Shown: positions 1-9,385 of the stretch, piece after piece
How the letters are laid out: each line of letters begins with the position of its first letter
Numbering within the stretch: position 1 is the first letter of the stretch
Source: Candidatus Woesearchaeota archaeon
GTDB lineage: Archaea; Nanobdellota; Nanobdellia; Woesearchaeales; ARS49
Assembly: GCA_038891615.1 (NCBI GenBank)
Contig: JAWADY010000003.1
Coordinates: forward strand, 1 to 64,000
Length of the DNA: 64,000 nt
Reading direction: 5' to 3'
Notes under the pieces: generated by a model
Seen by the model: only the letters and a program-made list of their open reading frames with translations
What the model was told of the DNA's origin: nothing
Database searches by the model: none
Translations under genes and position numbers: made by a program

Positions 1-1
1 T

Positions 2-202
2 TTTGAATCCGTCAGAAATTGTTGCATACATGTCAGCCCAGGCTTTGTTGTTCCACGACTCAAAGTACTGTCTAACAACCTCTGTTGGCGATGGGCTTAC
101 ATAGACCTGTTCCTTTGCAGGTTTTATTACAATTAAACCAACAAAAACCACAACCGCTATAATCCCTGCTCCAATTGCCAAAATCGTGCTATTACGTGGC
201 AT
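2..202 (-). CDS. N-terminal part of a membrane-anchored protein (NTF2-like/DUF4878-like), runs off the window start
   Basis: Manual translation MPRNSTILAIGAGIIAVVVFVGLIVIKPAKEQVYVSPSPTEVVRQYFESWNNKAWADMY: N-terminal TM helix followed by an SPTEVV..YF motif; not in the ORF track. Confidence 0.55.
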   Translation of the reverse strand, partial: MPRNSTILAIGAGIIAVVVFVGLIVIKPAKEQVYVSPSPTEVVRQYFESWNNKAWADMYATISDGFK

Positions 203-356
203 CAGCCCGTACCTCTTTTGCTTTCTTTCTTGAGAATCATAAAAAAGAATGTTATTGCAAACCTCTTTTACTCACACTGCTTTTTAGTGCTTATAAAATT
301 TGTGAACGAGCTTTCGTAGTTAGCTTTAAAAAGACAGCTGGAAGAAAATCTTTTGT

Positions 357-441
357 GGCGATAGTCGTACAACGGTAGTATACAGGCCTGTGGATTGTCC
401 GCAGAAAGCCTGTGGTCCGGGTTCGACTCCCGGCTATCGCC
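357..441 (+). tRNA. tRNA-His(GUG) with encoded G-1 and a 13-nt intron at 37/38 (394-406)
   Basis: Acceptor GCGATAG/CTATCGC, anticodon stem CAGGC/GCCTG with CT-GTG-G, T arm CCGGG-TTCGACT-CCCGG. Confidence 0.92.
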
Positions 442-443
442 CT

Positions 444-977
444 TCAAACATTCTGTTCTTTTCTTTTTAAAAGCGCCTGGTAAATCAATGGTGCAAGGAA
501 ACCTATGGTATACCCCGCCGCGGCGATCAAGGGATTGGCCTCAGACTTTGCGCTAGAGATTAGAGCTCTTTGCAGGAGCTGCTCAAAAACAAAGTTTGCA
601 ATTCGAGAGCTAAAATAAACAGCTGCAAAAGAGATAGGGGCTCCAAATAAAAGAAGAACCTCGTGCCTTACTTTCTTTATGTGCGCGAGTCCTTTAAGAA
701 AGGCCAAAATAAGGCTAGCCGCAGCAAAGCCTGTAAGTACTGAAAAAAGATATGCCTCAAGTCGACTTGTTATTAGGAAAACAGGTAAAAGGATGAATGA
801 CGCAGCAAACCCCTCGAGAATAGAAACAAGCCAGCTATAGATGAATACAAACTCGTCCGCTAACTTAATCGTTCTTGGCTTTAGGCTCTCTGCATGCTCA
901 GGGCTCCAATGAAGCCTGTGTTTTCGTTTGATGTATTTATTGGCCACTTTCAGTTTTTCCAAAAAGCACGTTTTCAA
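444..977 (-). CDS. hypothetical membrane protein (4-5 TM)
   Basis: ORF with several hydrophobic segments; start uncertain. Confidence 0.6.
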   Translation of the reverse strand: MKTCFLEKLKVANKYIKRKHRLHWSPEHAESLKPRTIKLADEFVFIYSWLVSILEGFAASFILLPVFLITSRLEAYLFSVLTGFAAASLILAFLKGLAHIKKVRHEVLLLFGAPISFAAVYFSSRIANFVFEQLLQRALISSAKSEANPLIAAAGYTIGFLAPLIYQALLKRKEQNV

Positions 978-1422
978 CGTGTGTTACAAACTCTTCCACT
1001 TTGTTAAAATAATCTCCAACCACATCAATGTCAATCTCAACTTTTTTGTCATCAATGTGGCTTATCATTGTAACATGCCTTCTATACTCCATGCGTCTTT
1101 CAAATGGTGCGTTGTCAATTTTTTTTAGAATGAAATAAAATTCAACCATCTGTTGCACAAAAGGGTCTTCTGCATAAATCTTTTTGAGCTCGTCTGCTCT
1201 AAGCTTTGGTTGAGTTGGAACAGTCTTTGTTCTGCCAGTAGCCTTTGCTTGTTCAAGCAGCGCAATGAAGGAATACTCAAGTGTTGACAAAAGCCTTGAA
1301 AGAACGCTTTTAAGCACATCTACAGTTCTTGTGTATTTAAGGCTGACAAACATGAGATGGTCTGCCCTTTTTAGCTCCTTCTTGGCAAGCTCAAGATTTT
1401 CAATAGCTGCGCTGTTTTGCAT
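937..1422 (-). CDS. conserved hypothetical protein, HEPN-like helical fold
   Basis: AKKELKRADHL N-terminal helix and RRMEYRRH motif. Confidence 0.6.
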   Translation of the reverse strand: MQNSAAIENLELAKKELKRADHLMFVSLKYTRTVDVLKSVLSRLLSTLEYSFIALLEQAKATGRTKTVPTQPKLRADELKKIYAEDPFVQQMVEFYFILKKIDNAPFERRMEYRRHVTMISHIDDKKVEIDIDVVGDYFNKVEEFVTHVENVLFGKTESGQ

Positions 1423-1830
1423 TTAACCCTGTTCACCAGAAGATGTGCTGATAAAGCTTTCAACCTTTTCAAGAAGTTCCTTTGCCATTGCAAGGGATTT
1501 TTTTGCCCATTCGTTGCCAATGCTTGCTCTTTTTACAGAATCTTTCAACTCTGCCAAAAACAGTGAGTACTTTTGACTAAGATTTTGCCTTGCTGCCCAT
1601 TCTTTGAAAAGTTCAATTTTCATTTCAAAACTTTCTCCAAATGCTGGCCCTCTTTTTAGCTCGCGCTCGTTTGTTAGAAGGGCTGTGAGCGTTGCTTCTG
1701 CGCTTTCAGTAATCGCCTTTATCCCTGAATGAAGAATAGTCGAGTCTTTGAGTCGCAATGCCTGGCTGATGAGATAATCTGCATACCTTAGCTTTTCACG
1801 CGACTTTTGAAGCAATGCTGCGGCTTTCAT
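1423..1830 (-). CDS. hypothetical protein, HEPN-like, probable paralog of 937-1422
   Basis: SREKLRYADYL resembles AKKELKRADHL; abuts the downstream gene. Confidence 0.55.
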   Translation of the reverse strand: MKAAALLQKSREKLRYADYLISQALRLKDSTILHSGIKAITESAEATLTALLTNERELKRGPAFGESFEMKIELFKEWAARQNLSQKYSLFLAELKDSVKRASIGNEWAKKSLAMAKELLEKVESFISTSSGEQG

Positions 1831-2167
1831 CTAAAATTTGAATTAGCCTAGATATAAAAATCTTATGCGTGACTAAGGCGCAAAGCCAAAGCTATTTCAA
1901 TGCAATAGCTTTTCTCGAAATGCAGAGCAATTAGCTTTAGGAAAAAAGCCTCTAACTTTAGCCAATCTTAAGCAAATTTATGAAAAATAATGTTCTCGTT
2001 TCGGTGTTTTTATTTGATGCGGCTGCCAGAACCTACTTCGCTCGTAAGCTGGGTAGCTGCAAAAGAATTTAACGATAAATTCGGTCGCTAACGCCACAGT
2101 CCTTCCTGTTTTCCAGAATTTGTTAAAACTTTGTTAGATGCAATTAAGGTTTTGTTCAATTGGCTGC

Positions 2168-2506
2168 TCACGACTGGCCCTCTTTCTGTAGTTCAAGAAT
2201 GGCTGCAGCAATGTCTCCTTTGTTTTTTTCAAGGGCTTTTCTCGCGGTTTCTGCATCTACACCTGTGTGCTCAGAAACGCTCCTCACATCTTCTTCGCTT
2301 ATTTTTGCCTCAACCGGCCTTTCCTCTATGCTCCCCATTATTTGAAAGCTTTCTCCAACCGGACTTTCTATCCTCAACACCTTAGGGTTATTTATGACAA
2401 TTTCTTTGTTAGGGCATGTGATTACAACGCGGTTTGCCTGAAGCTCGAATTGCTTTATGCCAAGCTTTGAAATTGCCTGTGAAAACAGCTTTGGGTCTAT
2501 TCGCAT
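2168..2506 (-). CDS. nac: nascent polypeptide-associated complex protein
   Basis: NAC domain (RVVI...EIVINNPKV...SFQI) plus C-terminal UBA (EEDV..V...TGV...ARKAL...GDIAAAI). Confidence 0.93.
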   Translation of the reverse strand: MRIDPKLFSQAISKLGIKQFELQANRVVITCPNKEIVINNPKVLRIESPVGESFQIMGSIEERPVEAKISEEDVRSVSEHTGVDAETARKALEKNKGDIAAAILELQKEGQS

Positions 2507-2525
2507 TCTTCCTCTCTTGCAAAGC

Positions 2526-2693
2526 TTATACAGCTACCCCTCTCATCCAAATGTGAAGAATAATTACTAGGGCTGTTATGACAACCGCAAGAAGGACAAC
2601 ATGCCCAGGTTTTATCTCAAATTTGCTACTATAGTCATCGAAGTAGCGTGTAAGGCCAGCTGTGCTGGTTGGCATTTGTATCTTTTCTGCCAT
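2526..2693 (-). CDS. secG: preprotein translocase subunit Sec61beta, 55 aa
   Basis: Manual translation MAEKIQMPTSTAGLTRYFDDYSSKFEIKPGHVVLLAVVITALVIILHIW: AGLxRYF..I.P..V signature plus a TM helix; below the ORF-track cutoff. Confidence 0.9.
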   Translation of the reverse strand: MAEKIQMPTSTAGLTRYFDDYSSKFEIKPGHVVLLAVVITALVIILHIWMRGVAV

Positions 2694-2707
2694 TTTGTTT
2701 CAAAAAG

Positions 2708-3095
2708 GGATTGGGTTGGCATAAGCCGCCTTTTGTTCATGCCCCCTTTTTCGCTGATGAACAGCGAGGCAAGCTTTAACTTGCCTTGGAAGGCCTGTCC
2801 TGCATTCAACTAAGCGTCCTTTTGGACTTGCGCCGGCCAGGGCTATCCGTTTCAACGCATCCCTTGGCGACGTCAACAGGTTTGCTCAGTCTTGTCGCCA
2901 AGACCTTCGCTGCATCATTCCAATGCCAAGGGCCGTGTCGTTTCTGTGATGTTGCCGCCTATTGCTAGGCCTTCCTTTGCCCCACAAGCAGTGGGGTTCA
3001 GAAGTGGCCACTTCCAGGGATTTTCCTGGGGCGGGCAGACTTTCCTCCGCAAATCCAATCACGGATTTACGGTCAGCAGGATGCCATCCCAATCC
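2708..3095 (-). ncRNA. rnpB: RNase P RNA
   Basis: P1 GGATTGGGATGGCA/TGCCAACCCAATCC, CR-I GAGGAAAGTC, ACAGAAA, TGAAACGG, GCAAG, CR-V AACAAAAGGCGGCTTA; TATA TTTATAAA starts 29 nt upstream. Confidence 0.93.
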
Positions 3096-3129
3096 AATTT
3101 ATTATTCACATGTGGCTTTATAAATCTTG

Positions 3130-4251
3130 CTAAGGCTTACAGAAGCCAATAGCAATCCAACTTTCTTTGCCGATTAAAAATGGTTTTTCCAAATGCACAT
3201 AAAAGGCTTTGTCCGCTATTGTACGAAGGAGTTCAACCCCTTTTTTATTATTAAATGCAAAGAGAATCTTTCCATTTTTCGTCACAATTTGTTCAAGTTG
3301 CAGCCATAGCTTATCATAAACCTTTTGAACAAACTCTGTTGGCAATGAGCGTGAGGGTTGCAGTGGCACTGAGACAACAAGATCAATACTCTCTTGAATT
3401 AGACTATTTGCAAGGTGCTCAATCTCAAGCTTCTTGAATTCAATCCATCGCTCAACCCCTGCAATTTTTGCATTCTTCGATGCTTTGGAAAGCGCTGCAA
3501 AACTTCTATCTATTGCAAATATCTTTGCTTTTGGTTTTTCTGAACGTTTTGCCAACCTTTCAAAAAGCTCTTCAAAGCAGTAGTTTGAAAATGGTTTTAG
3601 CCGTGCAATAGGAAGTTTAGCCTTTGAGTTGAGCCTGACTGGAGACCGACTTGCAAAAAGAGCTGCTTCAATTGGGATTTCACCAGATCTGCAAAAGGGG
3701 TCAAGAAGCGTTTGGCTTCCATCGTAACCAGCAAGTCTTAGTAAGGAATAAGCAATATTTCCCTTTAGGCTTTTTGAGCCAAGAAAAATTCTGTAATCTC
3801 TTCGCCCAAGGTCCTCTCCTGCAACATCAACACACAATAAAGGTACATCACGATCAACCAACACAAATCGCACATCTGGTTGCTTCCAGACAACCTTTGC
3901 ACCAGTCCTTGACTTTATGACTTCTATAACCTTTTTGGCAAGCTCCTCTTCTTTTGGCAGCCCGCTTGTTTCGAGTACAAAGCTTTTTTTGTCATCAAGC
4001 CATTCTTCAAAAGGAACTGTGCCAAGCCCTTCTCCTTCTTTTCCAAGCGTTGCAAGCAATAAATAAATGGAAGATGGCGACCGAGCAGTACAAGCAAGCT
4101 CAGCAAGCAGCTCAGGGCTTTTACACTTAAAAAATACCTTTCCTCTTTCTTTCTGAAGAACCTCTGCACCAGCTTCTTGAAGTTCTAAGGCACAGACTTC
4201 CTCAAAACCCTCATTTATTGTTGCAAGACATTTCAGGCTTTTAGTCCCCAT
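3130..4251 (-). CDS. THUMP-domain RNA m2G methyltransferase (Trm14/RlmL-like)
   Basis: G.E......EL N-terminus, L.RRDYR motif, LLDPFCRSGEIPIEAA SAM-binding motif; ATG at 4251 preferred. Confidence 0.85.
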   Translation of the reverse strand: MGTKSLKCLATINEGFEEVCALELQEAGAEVLQKERGKVFFKCKSPELLAELACTARSPSSIYLLLATLGKEGEGLGTVPFEEWLDDKKSFVLETSGLPKEEELAKKVIEVIKSRTGAKVVWKQPDVRFVLVDRDVPLLCVDVAGEDLGRRDYRIFLGSKSLKGNIAYSLLRLAGYDGSQTLLDPFCRSGEIPIEAALFASRSPVRLNSKAKLPIARLKPFSNYCFEELFERLAKRSEKPKAKIFAIDRSFAALSKASKNAKIAGVERWIEFKKLEIEHLANSLIQESIDLVVSVPLQPSRSLPTEFVQKVYDKLWLQLEQIVTKNGKILFAFNNKKGVELLRTIADKAFYVHLEKPFLIGKESWIAIGFCKP

Positions 4252-6676
4252 TCTCAGGAACGATTTTTGCAATCGAGACAAGCCTGTCGCCTGGCGCTAG
4301 CTTCATAAGCCTTATGCCTTGCGTTGCTCTGCCTTTCCTCGCAAGCTGGCTGACGGCTGTTCGCAGGCCAACACCTTCTTTGGTTACCAACATGAGTTCA
4401 TCATTCTCAGAAACAATTGCAGCACCAACTACTTGACCATTTTTCTTCATAACTTTTATGTTTATCACACCGACTCCTCCACGCGAAGTCCTCCTATACT
4501 CCTCTAGACTTGTGCGCTTTCCAAAACCGTTTTCAGTCACTGTGAGAAGGTCTTTCCCTGGCTCTGCAACAACAGCACTAATGACCGAATCGCCAGCCCT
4601 AAGCTTGATTCCAATAACTCCTTGCGCATCCCTGCCCATCGGTCTCACTTCGTTCTCATCAAAGCGTATCACAAGTCCATTCGTTGTTGCAATTAGAATC
4701 TCATCGCTGCCATTTGTAAGCATTGCGCTAACAAGTCTGTCAGACTCTCGAAGCTTTATTGAAAGAATTCCTCCTTTTCTTGGGTTTGAGAACTCAGACA
4801 GGGGAGTTCTTTTAACTATTCCTTCTTTTGTTGCAAGAAAAAGATACTTTGAAGGTTCAAAATCTTTTAGAGGGAGAACCGTGTTTACTTTTTCTCCTTC
4901 GGAAAGCTCCACAAGGTTGACGATTGGAGTTCCGCGAGCTTGTCTTGAAGCTTCCGGAATCTGCCAAACCTTTAGCCAATGACACTTGCCAATGTTTGTG
5001 AACAAAAGAATTGTATCGAGATTGTTCGCCACAAAAAGTCTTTCAATAAAATCTTCCTCCTTCTTTCCTGCAGCGACAATCCCTTTTCCACCTCTTCGCT
5101 GTGTTTTGTATGTTTCCAGAGGAAGCCTTTTGATATAGCCTGCGTGACTTACTGTTACAACAACCTCTTCAGGCTTGATAAGCGACTCAGCCTCTAGCAG
5201 CGGCTGTGCAGCCTCAAGAATTTGCGTTCTTCTGGCATCGCTATATTTTGCTTTTAACTCCGCAAGTTCGTCTTTTATAATCGCAATTATTTTTTGTTCT
5301 GAACCAAGAATGTCTTTGAGTTTTGCAATCTCCTGAAGCAAGTTGGAATGCTCCGATTTTATCTTTTCCTGCTCAAGGCTTGTAAGGCGCTGAAGCTTTG
5401 TGTCAAGGACAGCCTGAGCCTGTTGTTCTGATAGGGAATACCTTTCGATTAGAGCCTTTTTTGCAGAATCTGTATTTCTCGAAGACTTAAGCAAAGAGAT
5501 TATCTCATCGATCCTGCTAAGCGCGATGAGCAGCCCTTCAAGGATGTGTGCTTTAGAGCTCGCTTCTGCAAGTTCGAATTTGACTCTATTACGCACAACC
5601 TCTTTTCTGTGAGCTATAAAAAGTTGCATAAGTTGCTTCAATGTGCATATCTTTGGTTCGTTCTCAACAAGCCCTAGAAGGATGATGCTGAATGTGTCCT
5701 GCAGTCCTGTTGTTGCAAAAAGCTGATTTAAAAGCACTTCGGGGTTTGTTCCAGGCTTAAGTTCGATGACAACCCTAATGCCGCTTCTGTCACTTTCATC
5801 ACGAATGTCTGATATTCCACTAATCCTTCTTTCATTGACAAGCGTAGCAATCTCCTCAATGATTGCTGCCTTAGATTTCATAAAAGGAATTTCTGTGACA
5901 ATAATTTTTGTTCTACCTTTTACCTCTTCTATATGCGTTCTTGCTCTCACAATGACCTTTCCTTTTCCTGTCGAATACGCCTCGATGAGCCCTTCTTTGC
6001 CAATGATGAGTCCGCCTGTTGGAAAATCAGGCCCTTTAACAAAAGTCATAAGCTCAGCGGTTGTCAGTTCTGGGTTTGTTGCCAGCGCGCAAAGTCCATC
6101 ACAAATTTCTGCTAGATTGTGCGGGGGAATGTTTGTTGCCATTCCAACAGCAATGCCAGAGCTTCCGTTTACAAGAAGCGAAGGAAGCTTTGCAGGCAGG
6201 ACCACTGGTTCTTCAGCGCTTTGGTCAAAGTTGGGTACAAATCGAACGGTCTTCTTTTCGATATCTGCCAGCAACTCTTCTGCTATCTTTGATAGCCTTG
6301 CTTCGGTATATCGATAGGCTGCAGGTGCATCCCCATCAATGCTGCCAAAGTTTCCCTGCCCTTCAACGAGTGGATAGCGCATGTTCCAGGGCTGTGCAAG
6401 CCTAACAAGGGCATCGTAAACCGCCATGTCTCCATGTGGATGGTATTTTTTTAGAACCTCCCCAACAATCCCTGCGCACTTTGAAAAACGCTTGTTAGAA
6501 AAAAGGCCTTCAGAAGCCATTGCGTATAGAATTCTCCTGTGCACTGGTTTAAGGCCATCACGGACATCTGGAAGTGCTCTTCCAATAATTACAGACATAG
6601 AATAATCTAGATAGTACTTTTTCATTTCATCTTCTATTGCTTTTTTGGCTATCTTTTCTGTTGTGTTTTCAGGCAT
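4241..6676 (-). CDS. gyrA: DNA gyrase subunit A
   Basis: RALPDVRDGLKPVHRR, YHPHGD, AAYRYTE catalytic Tyr, GyrA-box QRRGGKG, C-terminal pinwheel repeats. Confidence 0.98.
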   Translation of the reverse strand: MPENTTEKIAKKAIEDEMKKYYLDYSMSVIIGRALPDVRDGLKPVHRRILYAMASEGLFSNKRFSKCAGIVGEVLKKYHPHGDMAVYDALVRLAQPWNMRYPLVEGQGNFGSIDGDAPAAYRYTEARLSKIAEELLADIEKKTVRFVPNFDQSAEEPVVLPAKLPSLLVNGSSGIAVGMATNIPPHNLAEICDGLCALATNPELTTAELMTFVKGPDFPTGGLIIGKEGLIEAYSTGKGKVIVRARTHIEEVKGRTKIIVTEIPFMKSKAAIIEEIATLVNERRISGISDIRDESDRSGIRVVIELKPGTNPEVLLNQLFATTGLQDTFSIILLGLVENEPKICTLKQLMQLFIAHRKEVVRNRVKFELAEASSKAHILEGLLIALSRIDEIISLLKSSRNTDSAKKALIERYSLSEQQAQAVLDTKLQRLTSLEQEKIKSEHSNLLQEIAKLKDILGSEQKIIAIIKDELAELKAKYSDARRTQILEAAQPLLEAESLIKPEEVVVTVSHAGYIKRLPLETYKTQRRGGKGIVAAGKKEEDFIERLFVANNLDTILLFTNIGKCHWLKVWQIPEASRQARGTPIVNLVELSEGEKVNTVLPLKDFEPSKYLFLATKEGIVKRTPLSEFSNPRKGGILSIKLRESDRLVSAMLTNGSDEILIATTNGLVIRFDENEVRPMGRDAQGVIGIKLRAGDSVISAVVAEPGKDLLTVTENGFGKRTSLEEYRRTSRGGVGVINIKVMKKNGQVVGAAIVSENDELMLVTKEGVGLRTAVSQLARKGRATQGIRLMKLAPGDRLVSIAKIVPENGD

Positions 6677-6837
6677 TTTGGTGAGAAATCGTGCTCTTTT
6701 GGCCGCTTCTCTTTACAAAAAAGAATTTGTGCAGTTTATAAAGCTTTCCACAACAAAATGGCTTTATAAGCCTTATAAACAAAAAATTTTTGGTTTTTGG
6801 GCTTAGCTCCACTTACTTTTTACTTCAAGTTGTCCGT

Positions 6838-7797
6838 TCATAAACCCTGTCCATCACTTTCCTGCGGTTCTTCTGAGGCCTTTTCTTCAGCAGCTTTAAT
6901 ACCAGTCATTGCCTCAACCTTTTCTTCAACAACCTTCTCAAGCTCTGGAGGGAGCTCTTCTTCTTTTTTCACCACATGCTTTTCAGCCTTTTTCTTTTTT
7001 CTGGAGAACTTTTTTTCAGCCACTTTTTCTTTAACCTCTTTTTCATCATAAACCTCGAGGCCGTTAACAGTTTCCACATAAGGCTCAACTGGAGGATTTT
7101 CAGATTCTGCAGGCGCGCTTTCATTATCAGAATTTATCTTTGCCTCATAAGAGGCTATTTCAGCGTCAATTGCGAGGGCTTCTTCTTCTGACCTTTGTTT
7201 TTCCTCTCTCTCCTTTAACCTTTTCTCAGCTTCAGCCTTTTTTAGTGCCTCCTGCGCCCTTGCCACTTCAGACTCGCGAAATAAAATCTTTTCTTCAAGT
7301 TCTGCAATGCTTGCAAGCCTTTGTTTGACCTTTTGTTCTGGAATCTCAAAGTAGTCAAAGAATTTTTGGCAGAGTGTGATAAGTTTTGTCCTACCTTTCT
7401 TCTCACGCTTTATGTAACCTAGTTGCTCAAGGAGCTCGAGATGGTCGTATGCTTTGTTCGTTCGAATCTTTATTATTTCCGACTGAAGAACTGGTGCCTT
7501 AGCAGCTACAACGGCAAGGGTTTCAATGACAGATTTATTAAGTTCTGTTTTTGTCACTATGCGCCTCACGACGGGCACAAAATTCTCTCTTACGGACATT
7601 TTCCAATATTCCCCTTCTTTAATGATTCTCAATGAACTTTGTGCAGAATCGTAGGCTTGTTTGAGCTCTTCCAAAGCAATTTCTATCTTTTTTTTATCAG
7701 CCTCGCGAGCGAGTCTACTCAACTCTTCAACCGACAGAGCCTTTCCTGCAGAAAATAGGAGTGATTCTATGACTTTTTTAAGCTCGAGCTCACTCAT
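6838..7797 (-). CDS. scpB: segregation and condensation protein B with a long charged C-terminal tail
   Basis: IESLLFSAG, ETLAVVA..P...SEIIKIR, F.DYF motifs. Confidence 0.88.
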   Translation of the reverse strand: MSELELKKVIESLLFSAGKALSVEELSRLAREADKKKIEIALEELKQAYDSAQSSLRIIKEGEYWKMSVRENFVPVVRRIVTKTELNKSVIETLAVVAAKAPVLQSEIIKIRTNKAYDHLELLEQLGYIKREKKGRTKLITLCQKFFDYFEIPEQKVKQRLASIAELEEKILFRESEVARAQEALKKAEAEKRLKEREEKQRSEEEALAIDAEIASYEAKINSDNESAPAESENPPVEPYVETVNGLEVYDEKEVKEKVAEKKFSRKKKKAEKHVVKKEEELPPELEKVVEEKVEAMTGIKAAEEKASEEPQESDGQGL

Positions 7798-8360
7798 TTT
7801 GAAAGCCTGAAGGTGTCGCCATCTCTGCTTATGATGCCGCTTTCCACAAGTCTTTCAAGGAACGGAAGAAGTTCTTCAGGTTTTACGCCGATTATGCTGC
7901 TGAGCTCTTCGAGTGGCTTTTCTCCGTCCTTTAGTACCCATTTTATGAAGTTGTGAAAAATGTTCATTACATTTTTGTCAAGAATTATCTGGCGGGCTTT
8001 TGTTGCTTTAAGTTCCATATCAGCATTGTGGAGTCTTGCCTGAAGGTCATTGAGAAGGTCTGTTAGGTCTTTAGTGTTAATATTCAGCTCAGCTGGCTCC
8101 AATATGTCAATCGAGGAAGGCATTGCATCAAAACAGAAGCCAATTAGCTGGTTTATATCTTTAAACCTGCCTTCGAAATCAACAAAGGTGCTAAAGAGCG
8201 ACCCCTTTTCTTCAGCAGGTGCAAAATGCTCATCAAAAATTCCAATTTCACCTTCCTCTTTTAGCCTGTTAATATAGCTCTTAAGAGTCTGCTCAACATG
8301 TTCTCGAGGCTTGCCGAGCATTTCTATTATTATTCTCGCAATTATTTGTTCTTTGTGCAT
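7794..8360 (-). CDS. conserved hypothetical protein with a C-terminal winged helix
   Basis: IIEMLGKP..V, F...PSSIDILEP motifs; ATGA overlap with scpB. Confidence 0.7.
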   Translation of the reverse strand: MHKEQIIARIIIEMLGKPREHVEQTLKSYINRLKEEGEIGIFDEHFAPAEEKGSLFSTFVDFEGRFKDINQLIGFCFDAMPSSIDILEPAELNINTKDLTDLLNDLQARLHNADMELKATKARQIILDKNVMNIFHNFIKWVLKDGEKPLEELSSIIGVKPEELLPFLERLVESGIISRDGDTFRLSK

Positions 8361-8745
8361 GCTTTTTGTTCTTTTCTTGGGCTATAAAAAACTTGCTGAT
8401 GACATTTTTGAATGAAATAAGCAAACCAATGAGTAAAATCGCAACAGCAATGACCTTCTTTGCTATCTCATTTTCTTTTTCGACATCTTTTACAAAAAGA
8501 GGTTCGCTGCAATTTGCACAGTCAACCTCGAGTTCCAGTTGAAGCATCGCAGCAGTGACAGCAAAAAGGATTGGAAACATTCTGTTGTTCATTCTCCTAA
8601 AATTAAAAACCTTTTTGTCCTCTTTTTCGTTCTTTTTACGAACGATTCGTAGCCATTTCTTTTTTTGTAAGAGCTCTTCCAGGCAAATTTCACTATTTTT
8701 TGGGAGTGCCAAAAGTTTTTAACCAATTTTTGCTGCTATCAGAAA

Positions 8746-9165
8746 ATGGGCATTTTTGACATGCTTTTTAAGAAAAAGGTTCCTGCCGAAGCTGTCAAGC
8801 CTCTCACAGAAGAGGAACTGCAAAAGTCAATCGTCAGCGAGCTTCCGGAGATCAAGGGAAGGGCTCTTGCCTTTCCACCAGAAATAACCACGGAAGCTCA
8901 GCCCTTGCCAAAACCTTCTGCGCCTACTGAGCTTCCAAAAGAGGTTTTTGTTTCAGTTGACGACTATAAAGCAATTGTTGATGGCGCGGAATACATAAAG
9001 GGAAAGCTCGGGGAGGTTGAAACACTGGCCGGAGGGCTTCAGGATATTAAAAAACACATTGATAGAGAGCTTGAGCTTTGGAAGGCTTCGCTTGAGAATG
9101 TTGAGAAAAAACTTGCATTTGTGGAGGAGCTGATTGCGCGTGGGCAATCAGCGTCGGAAAAATGA
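8746..9165 (+). CDS. hypothetical coiled-coil protein
   Basis: MGIFDMLF amphipathic N-terminus, Pro-rich linker, VFVSVDDYK motif plus coiled coil. Confidence 0.75.
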   Translation: MGIFDMLFKKKVPAEAVKPLTEEELQKSIVSELPEIKGRALAFPPEITTEAQPLPKPSAPTELPKEVFVSVDDYKAIVDGAEYIKGKLGEVETLAGGLQDIKKHIDRELELWKASLENVEKKLAFVEELIARGQSASEK

Positions 9166-9383
9166 ATGGAACTGTTTTTGTAAAGATTGAGGAGTACAAG
9201 GACATTGTTGAGCTTCTTGGAAGCGTTAGGGAGCAGGTAGCAAAGGCAAAAGAGGTTCTTGAACGAATAGAACGGCTGAAGGAGGAAGAAGATAAAAAGC
9301 TGGAGAGTTGGCGTGCTGAGCTTGCAGAGCTTGAACAGAGGTTGGATGGTATTGACAAAAGGCTAGCAGAGGCACGACAATAA
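9162..9383 (+). CDS. hypothetical coiled-coil protein (paralog of 8746-9165 C-terminus)
   Basis: VFVKIEEYK...W...L motif; ATGA overlap. Confidence 0.75.
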   Translation: MNGTVFVKIEEYKDIVELLGSVREQVAKAKEVLERIERLKEEEDKKLESWRAELAELEQRLDGIDKRLAEARQ

Positions 9384-9385
9384 AG

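Noticed and set aside
2601-3152. Several short ORFs on both strands (2601-2813, 2612-2809, 2786-2968, 2886-3092, 2892-3152)
   Set aside because: They overlap the RNase P RNA and secG; shadow ORFs.
7794-8360. Gene coupled to scpB as ScpA
   Set aside because: Lacks the kleisin N-terminal motif (DPWDIDI-like); only a generic C-terminal winged helix.
8293-8712. 139-aa minus-strand ORF with CxxC and a hydrophobic stretch
   Set aside because: Overlaps the next gene and a divergent promoter region and has no recognisable motif. A shorter version from ATG 8592 cannot be excluded but is unsupported.
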